64,000 bases of DNA, from assembly GCA_002269645.1 (NCBI GenBank), contig NIVC01001013.1, forward strand, positions 309,142 to 373,141. Reading direction: 5' to 3'. Each line of letters starts with the position of its first letter. Position 1 is the first letter of the stretch. This DNA is from Macrostomum lignano (Eukaryota). Below are positions 43,546-63,034 of the stretch, one piece after another. Under the pieces are notes generated by a model. It ran no database searches, was not told the DNA's origin, and worked only from the letters and a program-made list of their open reading frames with translations. The position numbers were made by a program, and so were the translations under genes.

Positions 43546-44900
43546 CATTGTGTCTGCATGACAGAACGGCTTGATAAAGCCGAAAACAAACGGATCAACG
43601 CTTGATCCAAGACAATGTTAAATGTTTTTTTTGGTGAAATAAATAAAATAATCACGAAGAAGTGAGGATTCAGCAACGGCCGCCCAATGATTTTCAACAG
43701 AATACTTAAATCCAGGGCATTGATAAGAGATGTTTTTCGCCTAACTCTAAGAGATTATACAAGTCGCATCCTGGGTGCCACAAGCCGAATCAGTGAGCAA
43801 AGCTCGATGCCTGAGCTCGAGCAATATGATGGGGCTGGGAAAGGCGGAGCAAAATTTTGAATCGCCCGGGCATTATTAAATCCCGCGTGCATTATTCAAA
43901 ACTAGAAAAAAGGGGCTCAGCCAAAGAGGAGCTGCCGACAGGGTAAGCGGGGATAAAAATAAGCCAGTCGTCTTTATAGACTCCCAAGACGTTAATTGCT
44001 AATTCTGTGCTACTCGCAGCCCCCGACTCCCTTTTGGAGCCCGGCGCGCCCGGCTCCCCAGGGAGGCCCTTTTGAACGTGAAATAAATGCAATTTAAAGT
44101 GGCCCCCCACCCTACTCTCTATCTTCGTCGATTATCCCCCCCCCCATTTTCCCAAAACCCAACAACAGCGGCGGCGCTTAAAGAATGGATCAAGCGACTA
44201 TCCCAGCCTCCGCTGCAACTCCCATTGGGGATTTCCAGGGCCACTGGGCGTTCAAGCAAACGTAAATAAAATGTATATACATTTTCAAGAGGCTGTAAGC
44301 CGATTGGCTTCCTATAGGAGATGAAGAAGAAAATTGAGATGCAGCTAGTTCGAATGAGAAAATAGGGTGGAGGGGGTGCATGCAGCTATTTGAAGCAATT
44401 CAATGTTGGCCAGCTTCAATTGTTAATTCGGCAACTCGCAAATGGGACTCTGAAAAGCTCCCAGCCTATTCAGAGTCGATCAATCTGATAGCTTTTCCAT
44501 TTAGTGGCCTCTCGGATTCATTCACGCGCGTTTATTGCTCCGGATTAGGAATCGATAGTGGACCAGTCCCATTGTATAGAAATTTTTGTTTGAGTCTGTT
44601 AAAGTCATCTTTTTTTGCAGGAGTCGGGCTCGCCAAGGACTGTGCATTTTATTCTTCTTGTTGCCATGGTAACTAAGAAATTGTTGTTTGGCCCATAAGT
44701 AGGCATTCGTGGACCATTATTGCTTGTATCAAAATGCGACTCTGCTTATTGTGAACTCATTGTGTTGTAGTTAATCATTTTTGTTGGTTATGCTGTCAGA
44801 GCTATTCTGTTATTATTCTTTTACTATTATTTTCGATTTTAGTGACTTTCTCGCCAAGCCGGAATGAGTTCTCAATGAGTAACTATAAGGGTCCAAAGCT

Positions 44901-45090
44901 GCGGGCACCCTGGCGCAATGCCCACGGCGACATCGCCACACAAGCAGCCCTAACGGCAACTCAGCCCATTCCGATGAGTCCTGAGCACACAAGCGCGCCA
45001 GTACTGTACTCAGGCACAGCACTCATACTCAAGGTGACACACGGAGTGTACAGCGGCCCTGACTGTCTAATCTTCAGGCATGTACACTGA
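44901..45090. repeat. Dispersed repeat, homologous to the SINE body at 60981-61790
   Basis: Shared blocks CACCCTGGC.CAA, GCCCATTCCG.TGA.TCCTGAGCACA and GTGTACAGC.GCCCTGACTGTCTAATC.TCAGGCATGTACACT. Confidence 0.75.
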
Positions 45091-46158
45091 CGTCCCACAC
45101 GCAAAATTGTTCCCTTCCCAGTTGAAATCCCCAATTCATCTCGTCGCACATAGCTTTGCCAATCACATCCAGTCCTACCCGAGGCATTTTGCAAAAGCAA
45201 TTATTTTTTTTGTTCCCGCCTTCCACTGAAAACACAGTGCGCTCGAATATAAATATATAGCAATTAGCACCCACCTTGCTGGGAACGGGGAAGCTGCCGC
45301 CTGCTCAGGGTGAGGTTGGATAAAGTCAATGGCGAAACTCTAGATACCCATTTGTCCCGTCTCCGTGCTGAGCAGTTGCTTGAGATCCTTTTGCTACCAA
45401 GCCATGGCTGAGCAACCCCCCCCCCCCCTGCTTAGGCCCGGTGCCAAAAACTCCTTAATGACTCGATTCTCTTCTCACTTAAATCCTCATCAAATGCTGT
45501 GTAACACCTGTGAGCAGAGCGAAAACGATTAGTGACTAGTGGCGTTAAGGTAAGGGGGATGAAGAATTTGAGGATCCATAAACGACTAAGGATTGGGAAT
45601 ATAACTGGTTTGGGTGAGTCATTATTATTTATAATATTTAACCGAGCAGAAGCTTGCCCTGTAGCTCATGGCTGCAATTATTAAGTAAATACTTAGTAAA
45701 GAAGCTTTACAATAGAGCATAGCTCGAGTATTCACTAATATTCTGTAGTATGATATCGCATGTATTTAATCTGCTATTTATGGGAAAATTAGCATGCAGA
45801 AAGCAGATAGATGATCAATTATTGTATGTTGCAATTTGCAGGTTTTGTCTAACAGTTATTCCAACTGTTTTGATTAGTTAGAGTTTAAACAGATAAACAA
45901 AAACAATAAGTTTCAAACAGACAGTGTTATAAGCTAAAAAAATTCGCAGGATATTAGTCAATGAGTAGCCCAACTGCTAATATAAGCCACTGAAAATTCT
46001 AATTTCTAAAAAAATTTGCGTCAAATTAATTGGTAGCTAAAGAAGTCCATGCAGGTCTCTAAATAGCTAAACATCGACTAAGCGTGTCTAAATGATAGAT
46101 GTACCACCTGTGATGCATATTGATGAAAATAGATGTTTAATTGGTATGAACTCAAAAT

Positions 46159-46427
46159 GGATGCCTTATGGGACACGAATATTGGTACAGGTGTGCTTCA
46201 ATCGATGCCTTATGGGACACGAATATTGGTACAGGTGTGCTTCAATCGATGCCTTATGGGACACGAATATTCTAAGGTGTGCTTCAATCGATGCCTTATG
46301 GGACACGAATATTGGTACAGGTGTGCTTCGATCGATGCCTTATAGGACACGAATATTGGTACAGGTGTGCTTCAATCGATGTCTTATGGGACACGAATAT
46401 TGGTACAGGTGCGCTTCAATCGATGTC
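46159..46427. repeat. 44-bp minisatellite 3' of HMX (GATGCCTTATGGGACACGAATATTGGTACAGGTGTGCTTCAATC), about 6 copies
   Basis: Direct repetition. Confidence 0.92.
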
Positions 46428-46534
46428 TAAGGGTCAGCCTAACCAGGAGCGCCTGGGGGAAGATCTTGCTGCTATATGCATAGTTGCTGTAGTTATTCCG
46501 GACCAGGAGCCAGCCACCAGAGGCCCACGAAGGT

Positions 46535-53841
<7,307 letters not shown>

Positions 53842-54067
53842 TACTTTTATTATTTTTAAACCTGTGCAAACCTGTGCAAGCTAACAGAGCTTTGAAGTTC
53901 AATTAATAGTCGTCCGCTTCATGATAATGAGGAGTTGGATTTTGTCGCAAGTCAATGATTGAGCCAGCTGATTGGCTGGTGAGCAAGAAAGGGCCTGGAT
54001 GAGAAGCATGGGAAATTCAGCTTCATCAGAATGTATCCATTAAATGCTCATTGCCCATTGTGCAAGC

Positions 54068-55994
54068 CAGATCTCACGCTTGTCAATTCTCTAGCTGGTG
54101 AGATCTCACGCTTGTCAATTCTCTAGCTGGTGAGATCTCACGCTTGTCAATTCTCTAGCTGGTGAGACCTCACGCTTGTCAATTCTCTAGCTGGTGAGAT
54201 CTCACGCTTGTCAATTCTCTAGCTGGTGAGACCTCACGCTTGTCAATTCTCTAGCTGGTGAGATCTCACGCTTGTCAATTCTCTAGCTGGTGAGACCTCA
54301 CGCTTGTCAATTCTCTAGCGGGTGAGATCTCACGCTTGTCAATTCTCTAGCTGGTGAGATCTCACGCTTGTCAATTCTCTAGCTGGTGAGATCTCACGCT
54401 TGTCAATTCTCTAGCTGGTGAGACCTCACGCTTGTCAATTCTCTAGCGGGTGAGATCTCACGCTTGTCAATTCTCTAGCTGGTGAGACCTCACGCTTGTC
54501 AATTCTCTAGCGGGTGAGATCTCACGCTTGTCAATTCTCTAGCGGGTGAGATCTCATGCTTGTCAATTCTCTAGCTGCAGTGAGACCCCACGCTTGTCAA
54601 TTCTCTAGCTGCAGTGAGACCCCACGCTTGTCAATTCTCTAGCTGGTGAGATCTCACGCTTGTCAATTCTCTAGCGGGTGAGATCTCATGCTTGTCAATT
54701 CTCTAGCTGCAGTGAGACCTCACGCTTGTCAATTCTCTAGCTGCAGTGAGGCCCCACGCTTGTCAATTCTCTAGCGGGTGAGATCTCACGCTTGTCAATT
54801 CTCTAGCTGGTGAGATCTCACGCTTGTCAATTCTCTAGCTGCAGTGAGACCCCACGCTTGTCAATTCTCTAGCTGCAGTGAGACCCCACGCTTGTCAATT
54901 CTCTAGCTGGTGAGACCTCACGCTTGTCAATTCTCTAGCTGCAGTGAGACCCCACGCTTGTCAATTATCTAGCGGGTGAGACCTCACGCTTGTCAATTCT
55001 CTAGCTGCAGTGAGACCCCACGCTTGTCAATTCTCTAGCTGCAGTGAGACCCCACGCTTGTCAATTCTCTAGCTGGTGAGATCTCACGCTTTTCAATTCT
55101 CTAGCGGGTGAGATCTCATGCTTGTCAATTCTCTAGCTGCAGTGAGACCTCACGCTTGTCAATTCTCTAGCTGCAGTGAGGCCCCACGCTTGTCAATTCT
55201 CTAGCGGGTGAGATCTCACGCTTGTCAATTCTCTAGTGGGTGAGATCTCACGCTTGTCAATTCTCTAGCTGCAGTGAGACCCCACGCTTGTCAATTCTCT
55301 AGCTGCAGTGAGACCCCACGCTTGTCAATTCTCTAGCTGGTGAGACCTCACGCTTGTCAATTCTCTAGCTGCAGTGAGACCCCACGCTTGTCAATTATCT
55401 AGCGGGTGAGACCTCACGCTTGTCAATTCTCTAGCTGCAGTGAGACCCCACGCTTGTCAATTCTCTAGCTGCAGTGAGACCCCACGCTTGTCAATTCTCT
55501 AGCTGGTGAGATCTCACGCTTGTCAATTCTCTAGCGGGTGAGATCTCATGCTTGTCAATTCTCTAGCTGCAGTGAGACCTCACGCTTGTCAATTCTCTAG
55601 CTGCAGTGAGACCCCACGCTTGTCAATTCTCTAGCGGGTGAGATCTCACGCTTGTCAATTCTCTAGTGGGTGAGATCTCACGCTTGTCAATTCTCTAGCT
55701 GCAGTGAGACCCCACGCTTGTCAATTCTCTAGCTGCAGTGAGACCCCACGCTTGTCAATTCTCTAGCTGGTGAGACCTCACGCTTGTCAATTCTCTAGCT
55801 GCAGTGAGACCCCACGCTTGTCAATTATCTAGCGGGTGAGACCTCACGCTTGTCAATTCTCTAGCTGCAGTGAGACCCCACGCTTGTCAATTATCTAGCG
55901 GGTGAGACCTCACGCTTGTCAATTCTCTAGCTGCAGTGAGACCCCACGCTTGTCAATTCTCTAGCGGGTGAGACCTCACGCTTGTCAATTCTCC
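54068..55994. repeat. 32/34-bp satellite (GAGATCTCACGCTTGTCAATTCTCTAGCTGGT), about 58 copies, upstream of HMX
   Basis: Direct repetition. Confidence 0.96.
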
Positions 55995-56597
55995 GGTAGG
56001 TTTTGTTAACTTTGAAGTAATAAAACTTTGATACAATAAAATTCTAATAAGTTGAACTAATCTACAGAAAAATCCGTTTTGACTTTAAGCGAAATCAATA
56101 AATATCTACTCAGGTTATTAATAGAGGAAATTGATCGACATGCAGAGTAACAGCTGCTCTAGTTGAGATCTAAACTAGTTGCCATAAGGAAAATCTGGCT
56201 CACTTCAACAATCTTGCTCATTTATAATTGAAATGTTCCAAAGCGCCCACTGACTGAAGTCTCCCGCTGACATTAGCTAGATAATTGCTGGCGCACGTCG
56301 GGCCACAGCCACCTGTTATACACTTGTACAAATCCAATGGACCATCTCCAATTGCGTGACAGGCGCCATAAACTCACGATAAATTTTATCCTATACGACC
56401 TGTTCTAATTTTATCAAAATGAATGCCCGATGAATAGATAATTAACTGCTAATTCTGCGGGGGGGGCGACAGGTACAGCCCCACAAGCAGTTTTGCTTGC
56501 ACCGATTCAGTTGGTCATACATAGCGAAATTACAGGCCAAACATTTGGGACTGAGAAAAACCGTTCAAAAACTGGCCTTCTTAAACGGCTCATTATT

Positions 56598-58095
56598 GAG
56601 ATTCTGTCCCAGAGAATTCCCCAACACCCTCAGATTCTGTCCCAGAGAATTCCCCAACATCCTCAGATTCTGTCCTAGAGAATTCCCCAACATCCTCAGA
56701 TTCTGTCCCAGAGAATTCCCCAACATCCTCAGATTCTGTCCCAGAGAATTTCCCAACACCCTGAGATTCTGTCCGAGGGGATTTCCAATCACCTGAGATT
56801 CTGTCCGATGGAATTTCCAATCACCTGAGATTCTGTCCCAGGGAATTTCCAATCACCTGAGATTCTGTCCGAGGGAATTTCCCATCACCTGAGATTCTGT
56901 CCCAGGGAATTTCCAATCACCTGAGATTCTGTCCGAGGGAATTTCCCATCACCTGAGATTCTGTCCGAGGGAATTTCCAATCACCTGAGATTCTGTCCCA
57001 GGGAATTTCCAATCACCTGAGATTCTGTCCAAGGGAATTTCCCATCACCTGAGATTCTGTCCGAGGGAATTTCCCATCACCTGAGATTCTGTCCGAGGGA
57101 ATTTCCAATCACCTGAGATTCTGTCCGAGGGAATTTCCAATCACCTGAGATTCTGTCCGAGGGAATTTCCAATCACCTGAGATTCTGTCCGAGGGAATTT
57201 CCAATCACCTGAGATTCTGTCCGAGGGAATTTCCAATCACCTGAGATTCTGTCCGAGGGAATTTCCAATCACCTGAGATTCTGTCCGAGGGAATTTCCAA
57301 TCACCTGAGATTCTGTCCGAGGGAATTTCCAATCACCTGAGATTCTGTCCGAGGGAATTTCCAATCACCTGAGATTCTGTCCGAGGGAATTTCCAATCAC
57401 CTGAGATTCTGTCCGATGGAATTTCCAATCACCTGAGATTCTGTCCGATGGAATTTCCAATCACCTGAGATTCTGTCCGATGGAATTTCCAATCACCTGA
57501 GATTCTGTCCGAGGGAATTTCCAATCACCTGAGATTCTGTCCGAGGGAATTTCCAATCACCTGAGATTCTGTCCGATGGAATTTCCAATCACCTGAGATT
57601 CTGTCTGAGGGAATTTCCAATCACCTGAGATTCTGTCCGAGGGAATTTCCAATCACCTGAGATTCTGTCCGAGGGAATTTCCAATCACCTGAGATTCTGT
57701 CCGAGGGAATTTCCAATCACCTGAGATTCTGTCCGAGGGAATTTCCAATCACCTGAGATTCTGTCCGAGGGAATTTCCAATCACCTGTGATTCTGTCCGA
57801 TGGAATTTCCAATCACCTGAGATTCTGTCTGAGGGAATTTCCAATCACCTGAGATTCTGTCCGATGGAATTTCCAATCACCTGTGATTCTGTCCGAGGGA
57901 GTTTCCAATCACCTGAGATTCTGTCCGAGGGAATTTCCAATCACCTGAGATTCTGTCCGAGGGAATTTCCAATCACCTGTGATTCTGTCCGAGGGAATTT
58001 CCAATCACCTGTGATTCTGTCTCAGATCCGAGAGAATTCCCCCTACACACAGAGAATTCCCCAAAACCTGAGATCCTGTCCCAGAGAATCCCGTT
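56598..58095. repeat. 32/33-bp satellite (GAGATTCTGTCCGAGGGAATTTCCAATCACCT), about 45 copies
   Basis: Direct repetition with divergent 33-bp units at both ends. Confidence 0.96.
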
Positions 58096-59439
58096 ACCCA
58101 GAAAATTGGCACCTATATTCCTAAGTAGAATTAAGTTATTACCAGAACACCATTAAAAGCAATTATTTAACAATTAATAAAGGTTCTCAAAATGAGGACA
58201 GCATGACTGTCTAAGGCATCAATATATATATATGTGTATATGCTTATTAAAAGTGACTTGCAATTATAATTATCGATAAAAAAACAGGAACCTTAAAAAT
58301 TTATACAATACATAAAATAATGTATAGCAACACTAACAGTTTATTCTTCAGTTTAAGCAGCATTTAGTGATATAAAATAGAAGGAATATCATACATATAA
58401 TAAAGGTTACAAGGTTGCACCATGGATGTGTGTTAGGCAGACAAATAGAATATTCTTATTGGCAACCTACAACAGGGTAAAATATATGAAAAATAGGACA
58501 GTTAAAAAGAATTATAAACTGTTTATTTAAATCAGGTCCCTATCTGGTACATAGATATTCAGCATAGGTTTCGGGGTGTAAGCTTCTTTACATACAGGCC
58601 TCTCAAATGAGATCCGTGAAAAACAGACAAAGAAAAGGCAAAATATCAGCAACCAGAAAATACAATTTTCTCTTGATAAAATATTGACGAAGGTCGAAAA
58701 AATGGCTAAATAGAAAACTATTACCAAGAAACATAGTCGATTTTTACTTATAAAATTCGATAGCTGCCTACTAGCAGTAGACTGATCGGCACGAGTTTTT
58801 AATTATTTTAAAAAGTATATCGAATAGTGGATATTATGGATAATGAATCAGCAATTACAAATAAACTTGATTAATGATTGGTAATAATAGCTACTTAATG
58901 AATTATAACCATTTTTTCGCTAATAAACTTATAGCAGATTACATTGTTTGAAGCGATATTCTATAATGCATTACTGAACGACCCTTAGTGCTTTCACTAT
59001 GCTTTAAGAAATTTATTAAGCTCAAAATTGATTTACCTAAATTTATCTAAAAAATCAAAATAGACTGGCAAGGCTAATAATGATTTCCATAAGTTTTCCA
59101 TAAGGTAAAATTTAGAAAGCAATTACGCCGGATGATATTATAAAAAGGCATTACTTGTAAGCAGCCAGCACCAGCGTAAAGCAGAATTTAATGATTTAAT
59201 GATAAACGGAGTTAAATAATTTGAATTACCAATAAGCGCCTCTGTGTCAGCTTACCGTTAAAACTTTACAAATCCCTAAAGCTCATGAATTTCCGCTAAA
59301 AATAGGGCGAAAAAGAAAAACAAATTTATTGTCGCAATTGTAAAGTCAGAAAAAGTGACGCGAAAGTTCACTGAGAGTTTTTTAATGGAAAAAATCATTT
59401 TTGATAAATATACACATCTGAGAGTAAATATTGAAGTAA

Positions 59440-59790
59440 ATATTTGATAAATCTTGTACAAATGGGACCCAATCTTGTACAGATCTAGGACCTAATCTGG
59501 TACAAATGGGACCCAATCTGGTACAAATGGGACCCAATCTTGTAAAAATGGGACCCAATCTGGTACAGATCCAGGACTCAATGGTACAAATAGGACCCAA
59601 TCAGGTACAGATCTAGGACCCAATCTGGTACAGATCTAGGACCCAATCTAGTGCATATCTAGGGCCCAATTTGGTACAGATCTAGGACCCAATCTGGTAC
59701 AGATCTAGGACCCAATCTGGTACAGATCTAGGACCCAATCTGGTACAGATCTAGGACCCAATGTGAAGGACCCAATTTGGTACAAACAAG
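59440..59790. repeat. 21-23-bp minisatellite (GGTACAGATCTAGGACCCAATCT), about 15 copies
   Basis: Direct repetition just 3' of the ACSS3 stop. Confidence 0.92.
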
Positions 59791-59865
59791 ATCAAATTTG
59801 GAAATGAACAAAAAAACGGTTTAAAAGTACATTAAATCGAATGTTTGTAACGCGAATTATGAAAC

Positions 59866-62830
59866 TTACAGGGTAGGATCTGACGGTTTCAGACCCAAAT
59901 CAATCAGCTCTTTCTTGATTGGCTCGTATACCGTTTCGTCTTCGATTGTCACTGGCATCTAGAAAGGCAAACCATAAACAAAGAAGTCTGCATAGGAGAC
60001 TGAGCATAGTTCTGAATATATGTTATCCCTTGTGCTAGAGTATGAAAACAATTGGGTATTCCTAGAAAGGGAATTAAAACAATTGGGTATTCTTAGAAAG
60101 GAATTAAAACAATTGGGTATTCTTTGAAAGAGTATAAAAAAAGCTTACGGATTCTTAGAAAGGGCATCAAAACAGCTGACGGATTCTTAGAAACGGTATC
60201 AAAACAGCTGACGGATTCTTAGAAATGGTATCAAAACAGCTGACGGATTCTTAGAAATGGTATCAGAACAGCTGACGGATTCTTAGAAAGGGTATCAGAA
60301 AAGCTGACGGATTCTTAGAAATGGTATCAGAACAGCTGACGGATTCTTAGAAAGAGCAACAAACCACACCGAGTTTCTCACCTTGAACGGCAATCCGGCC
60401 GCCATAGAAGCCAGGGTGCCTCTGGCCACTTTACCACTTCGCGTCTTGGGTAGTCGGTGCACCACAACAGCCATGCGAAAGGCGCCCACTGGTCCGATGT
60501 GCTCGCGCACCTGCTTGACAGTGTCCGCCACAATGGTCGCCTTATCTTTAGTCACATCGTCGTAGGGCACCAGGAAGCCCAACGGAATGTGGCCTTTCAG
60601 CTTGTCAGGGAACGGAACCACGGCGCACTCGGCCAGGTCCGGATTCTCCAAGCAGGCCTCCTCCATTGCGGCCGTGCTCAGCCGGTGCCCGGACACGTTG
60701 ATGACGTCATCGACGCGGGACACCACAAACAGGTGGCCGTGGTGATCCGTGTAGCCAGCGTCAGCCGTGTCGTAATAGCCGGGGAATTTCTCATAGTAGG
60801 TGCTGACAAAGCGTTCGTCATTCTCCCACAGCGTGGAGGCGGTGCCGGGCGGCAGCGGCAGCTTGATCACGATGCGGCCCAGTTCGTCCTCGTCCGATTC
60901 GCGAAGAATCTGCCGTTGAGGAAGCATTTTAGTGATGTTTTGTGCTTTATAAATTTTTAAATTAATATTCGCGGGAGGGTTAGGGACACCCTGGCACAAC
61001 GCCACAACCAGTGCAGAGGCAATTCTGCCCATTCCGCTGACTCCTGAGCACATTCAAGCGCACCGATTCTACGAATCCGTCAGCTGCTTTGATGCCCTTT
61101 CTAAGAATCCGTCAGCTGTTCTGATACCATTTCTAAGAACCCGTCAGCTGTTTTGATACCATTTCTAAGAATCCGTCAGCTGCTTTGATGCCCTTTCTAA
61201 GAATCCGTCAGCTGTTCTGATACCATTTCTAAGAACCCGTCAGCTGTTCTGATACCATTTCTAAGAACCCGTCAGCTGTTTTGATACCATTTCTAAGAAC
61301 CCGTCAGCTGTTTCAATACCCTTTCTAAGAATCCGTCAGCTGTTTTGATACCCTTTCTAAGAATCCGTCAGCTGTTTTGATACCATTTCTAAGAATCCGT
61401 CAGCTGTTCTGATACCCTTTCTAAGAATCCGTCAGCTGATTTGATACCATTTCTAAGAATCCGTCAGCTGTTTTGATACCCTTTCCAAGAATCCGTCAAC
61501 TGTTTCAATACACTTTCTAAGAATCCGTCAACTGTTTCAATACACTTTCCAAGAATCCGTCAACTGTTTCAATACACTTTCTAAGAATCCGTCAACTGTT
61601 TCAATACACTTTCTAAGAATCCGTCAGCTGTTTCAATACACTTTCTAAGAATCCGTCAGCTGTTTTGATACCCTTTCTGAGAATACCCATTTGTTTTAAT
61701 ACTGTACGCACGCACGCACTCATGCACACGCTCACACAGGGTGTACAGCAGCCCTGACTGTCTAATCGTCAGGCATGTACACTCTCTGTGCCTCGGGGAC
61801 TGGCCCTCGTGGCTGTGAATTGCACAACAACCCCTAGGGCAATTTGGGAAAATGAATGTTTGCGCACGGAATCGAACCAGAGGTCCTGGCGCGAGAGTCA
61901 GACGCGTTTACCGCTGAGCTGCCCTGCCTCTGGCCTTGGAGACTGGAGAGCTTCATCGCAAGGCCTAAACTACTTTTAAGCATCCGCGCGCTTGCACGTG
62001 CTCAGGAGTCAGCGGAACGGGCAGAATTGCCTCAGAACTGGATGTGGGACGATGTCGCCGAAGGCGATGCTCCAGGGTGCCCGCAGCCCTCGTGAAGTTG
62101 AACTCTTAGTATGGAATCGAATGATATGGAATAGGGGACCCTGTACTCTTAGCATACATGCGCAACAACTACTGGCCGACCTGATCACCATAAATTGTGG
62201 TCGCAAAAATTCCCACGTAAAAGAATAACAGACGTTGTGCTAATTAGACGACGAGGCATTTAGCCTTTACAAGATAGTCATAGTTACTCCTGTCGTTTAC
62301 CAAAAATTGCGTTTTCCTTTAGGGATTCTTTTACAGGTAAGTCGCATCTTTGGTAAAAAAATAAATCGCATGGCTATTGTAAATCAGGGGGGGGGGTTGC
62401 GCATGTATGACTATATTTTAGAGTCTAATTTCATTTTCCCTATGCTAGAAGCTTCCTCTCTGCCAGCTTGCCTGGACGTGAAAGCCGGGCACGGGCTTGC
62501 CAGCGGAGCCGGCAGGCGGCATCGTGTCGTCGCCCAGGCCGACGCAGACGCTGGTGATCGGCCAGCCGGTCTCAGTCTGCCACCAGTGATCGTACACTGG
62601 CACTTTGAACAGGCGCCTGGCCCAGGCCAGGGTCTCCACGTCGCAGTGCTCGCCGGCTACGAACACGTGACGCAGGCTGTCCAGTGGCCTGTAGGGCGCG
62701 CTAGAGGCGTCCTGCGAATCAGCCCGATGGATGGCGCGCAGCGCGGTTGGCGCCGTGAACATCGCGCGGACGCTGTGCTGCTTGATCACCCGGAAGTACT
62801 GGCTGGCGTCCGGAGTGCCCACCGGCTTGC
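59866..62830 (-). CDS. ACSS3: Acyl-CoA synthetase short-chain family member 3, 3' portion (exons 62830-62472, 60909-60382, 59958-59866); 5' exons lie beyond the window
   Basis: GKPVGTPDA, FTAPTALRAI, FVAGEHCD, DHWWQTETG, KLPLPPG, YYDTADAG, SRVDDVINVSGHR, PKTRSGK and TIED match ACSS3/PrpE-type enzymes. Junctions are frame-consistent, and one donor is GC-AG. Confidence 0.92.
60043..60353. repeat. 33-bp satellite (TTCTTAGAAATGGTATCAAAACAGCTGACGGA-type), about 9 copies, in the last ACSS3 intron
   Basis: Reverse complement of the array at 61068-61700. Confidence 0.9.
60981..61927 (-). mobile_element. tRNA-derived SINE, interrupted by the 33-bp array
   Basis: The - strand head GGCAGCTCAGCGGTAAACGCGTCTGACTCTCGCGCCAGGACCTCTGGTTCGATTCC has A-box and B-box motifs at tRNA spacing. 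The body is shared with 44901-45090. Confidence 0.6.
61068..61700. repeat. 33-bp satellite (TTTCTAAGAATCCGTCAGCTGTTTTGATACCAT-type), about 19 copies, in the preceding ACSS3 intron
   Basis: Direct repetition; inverted relative to 60043-60353. Confidence 0.93.
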
Positions 62831-63034
62831 CTAGCGGGATGGGGGCGAGAGGCTGAATGAGATACTCAGTCATGGTTGTCAACCGGTGTCAAGTCCTACA
62901 AGGGGGCGTGGCTCCACTCTCCACACTAATCGGTTGAAAGGAGCATGTAAATAGAATGTCCTACTTCAAATGAAATTACGCCCTCGACCCTCACTACTGA
63001 AATTAAATCCCCTCCCTCATCTAATAAGAAATGG

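Noticed and set aside
61862-61927. tRNA gene
   Set aside because: A- and B-boxes are present, but the acceptor and anticodon stems do not pair and the sequence continues into a dispersed repeat, so it is called a SINE head.
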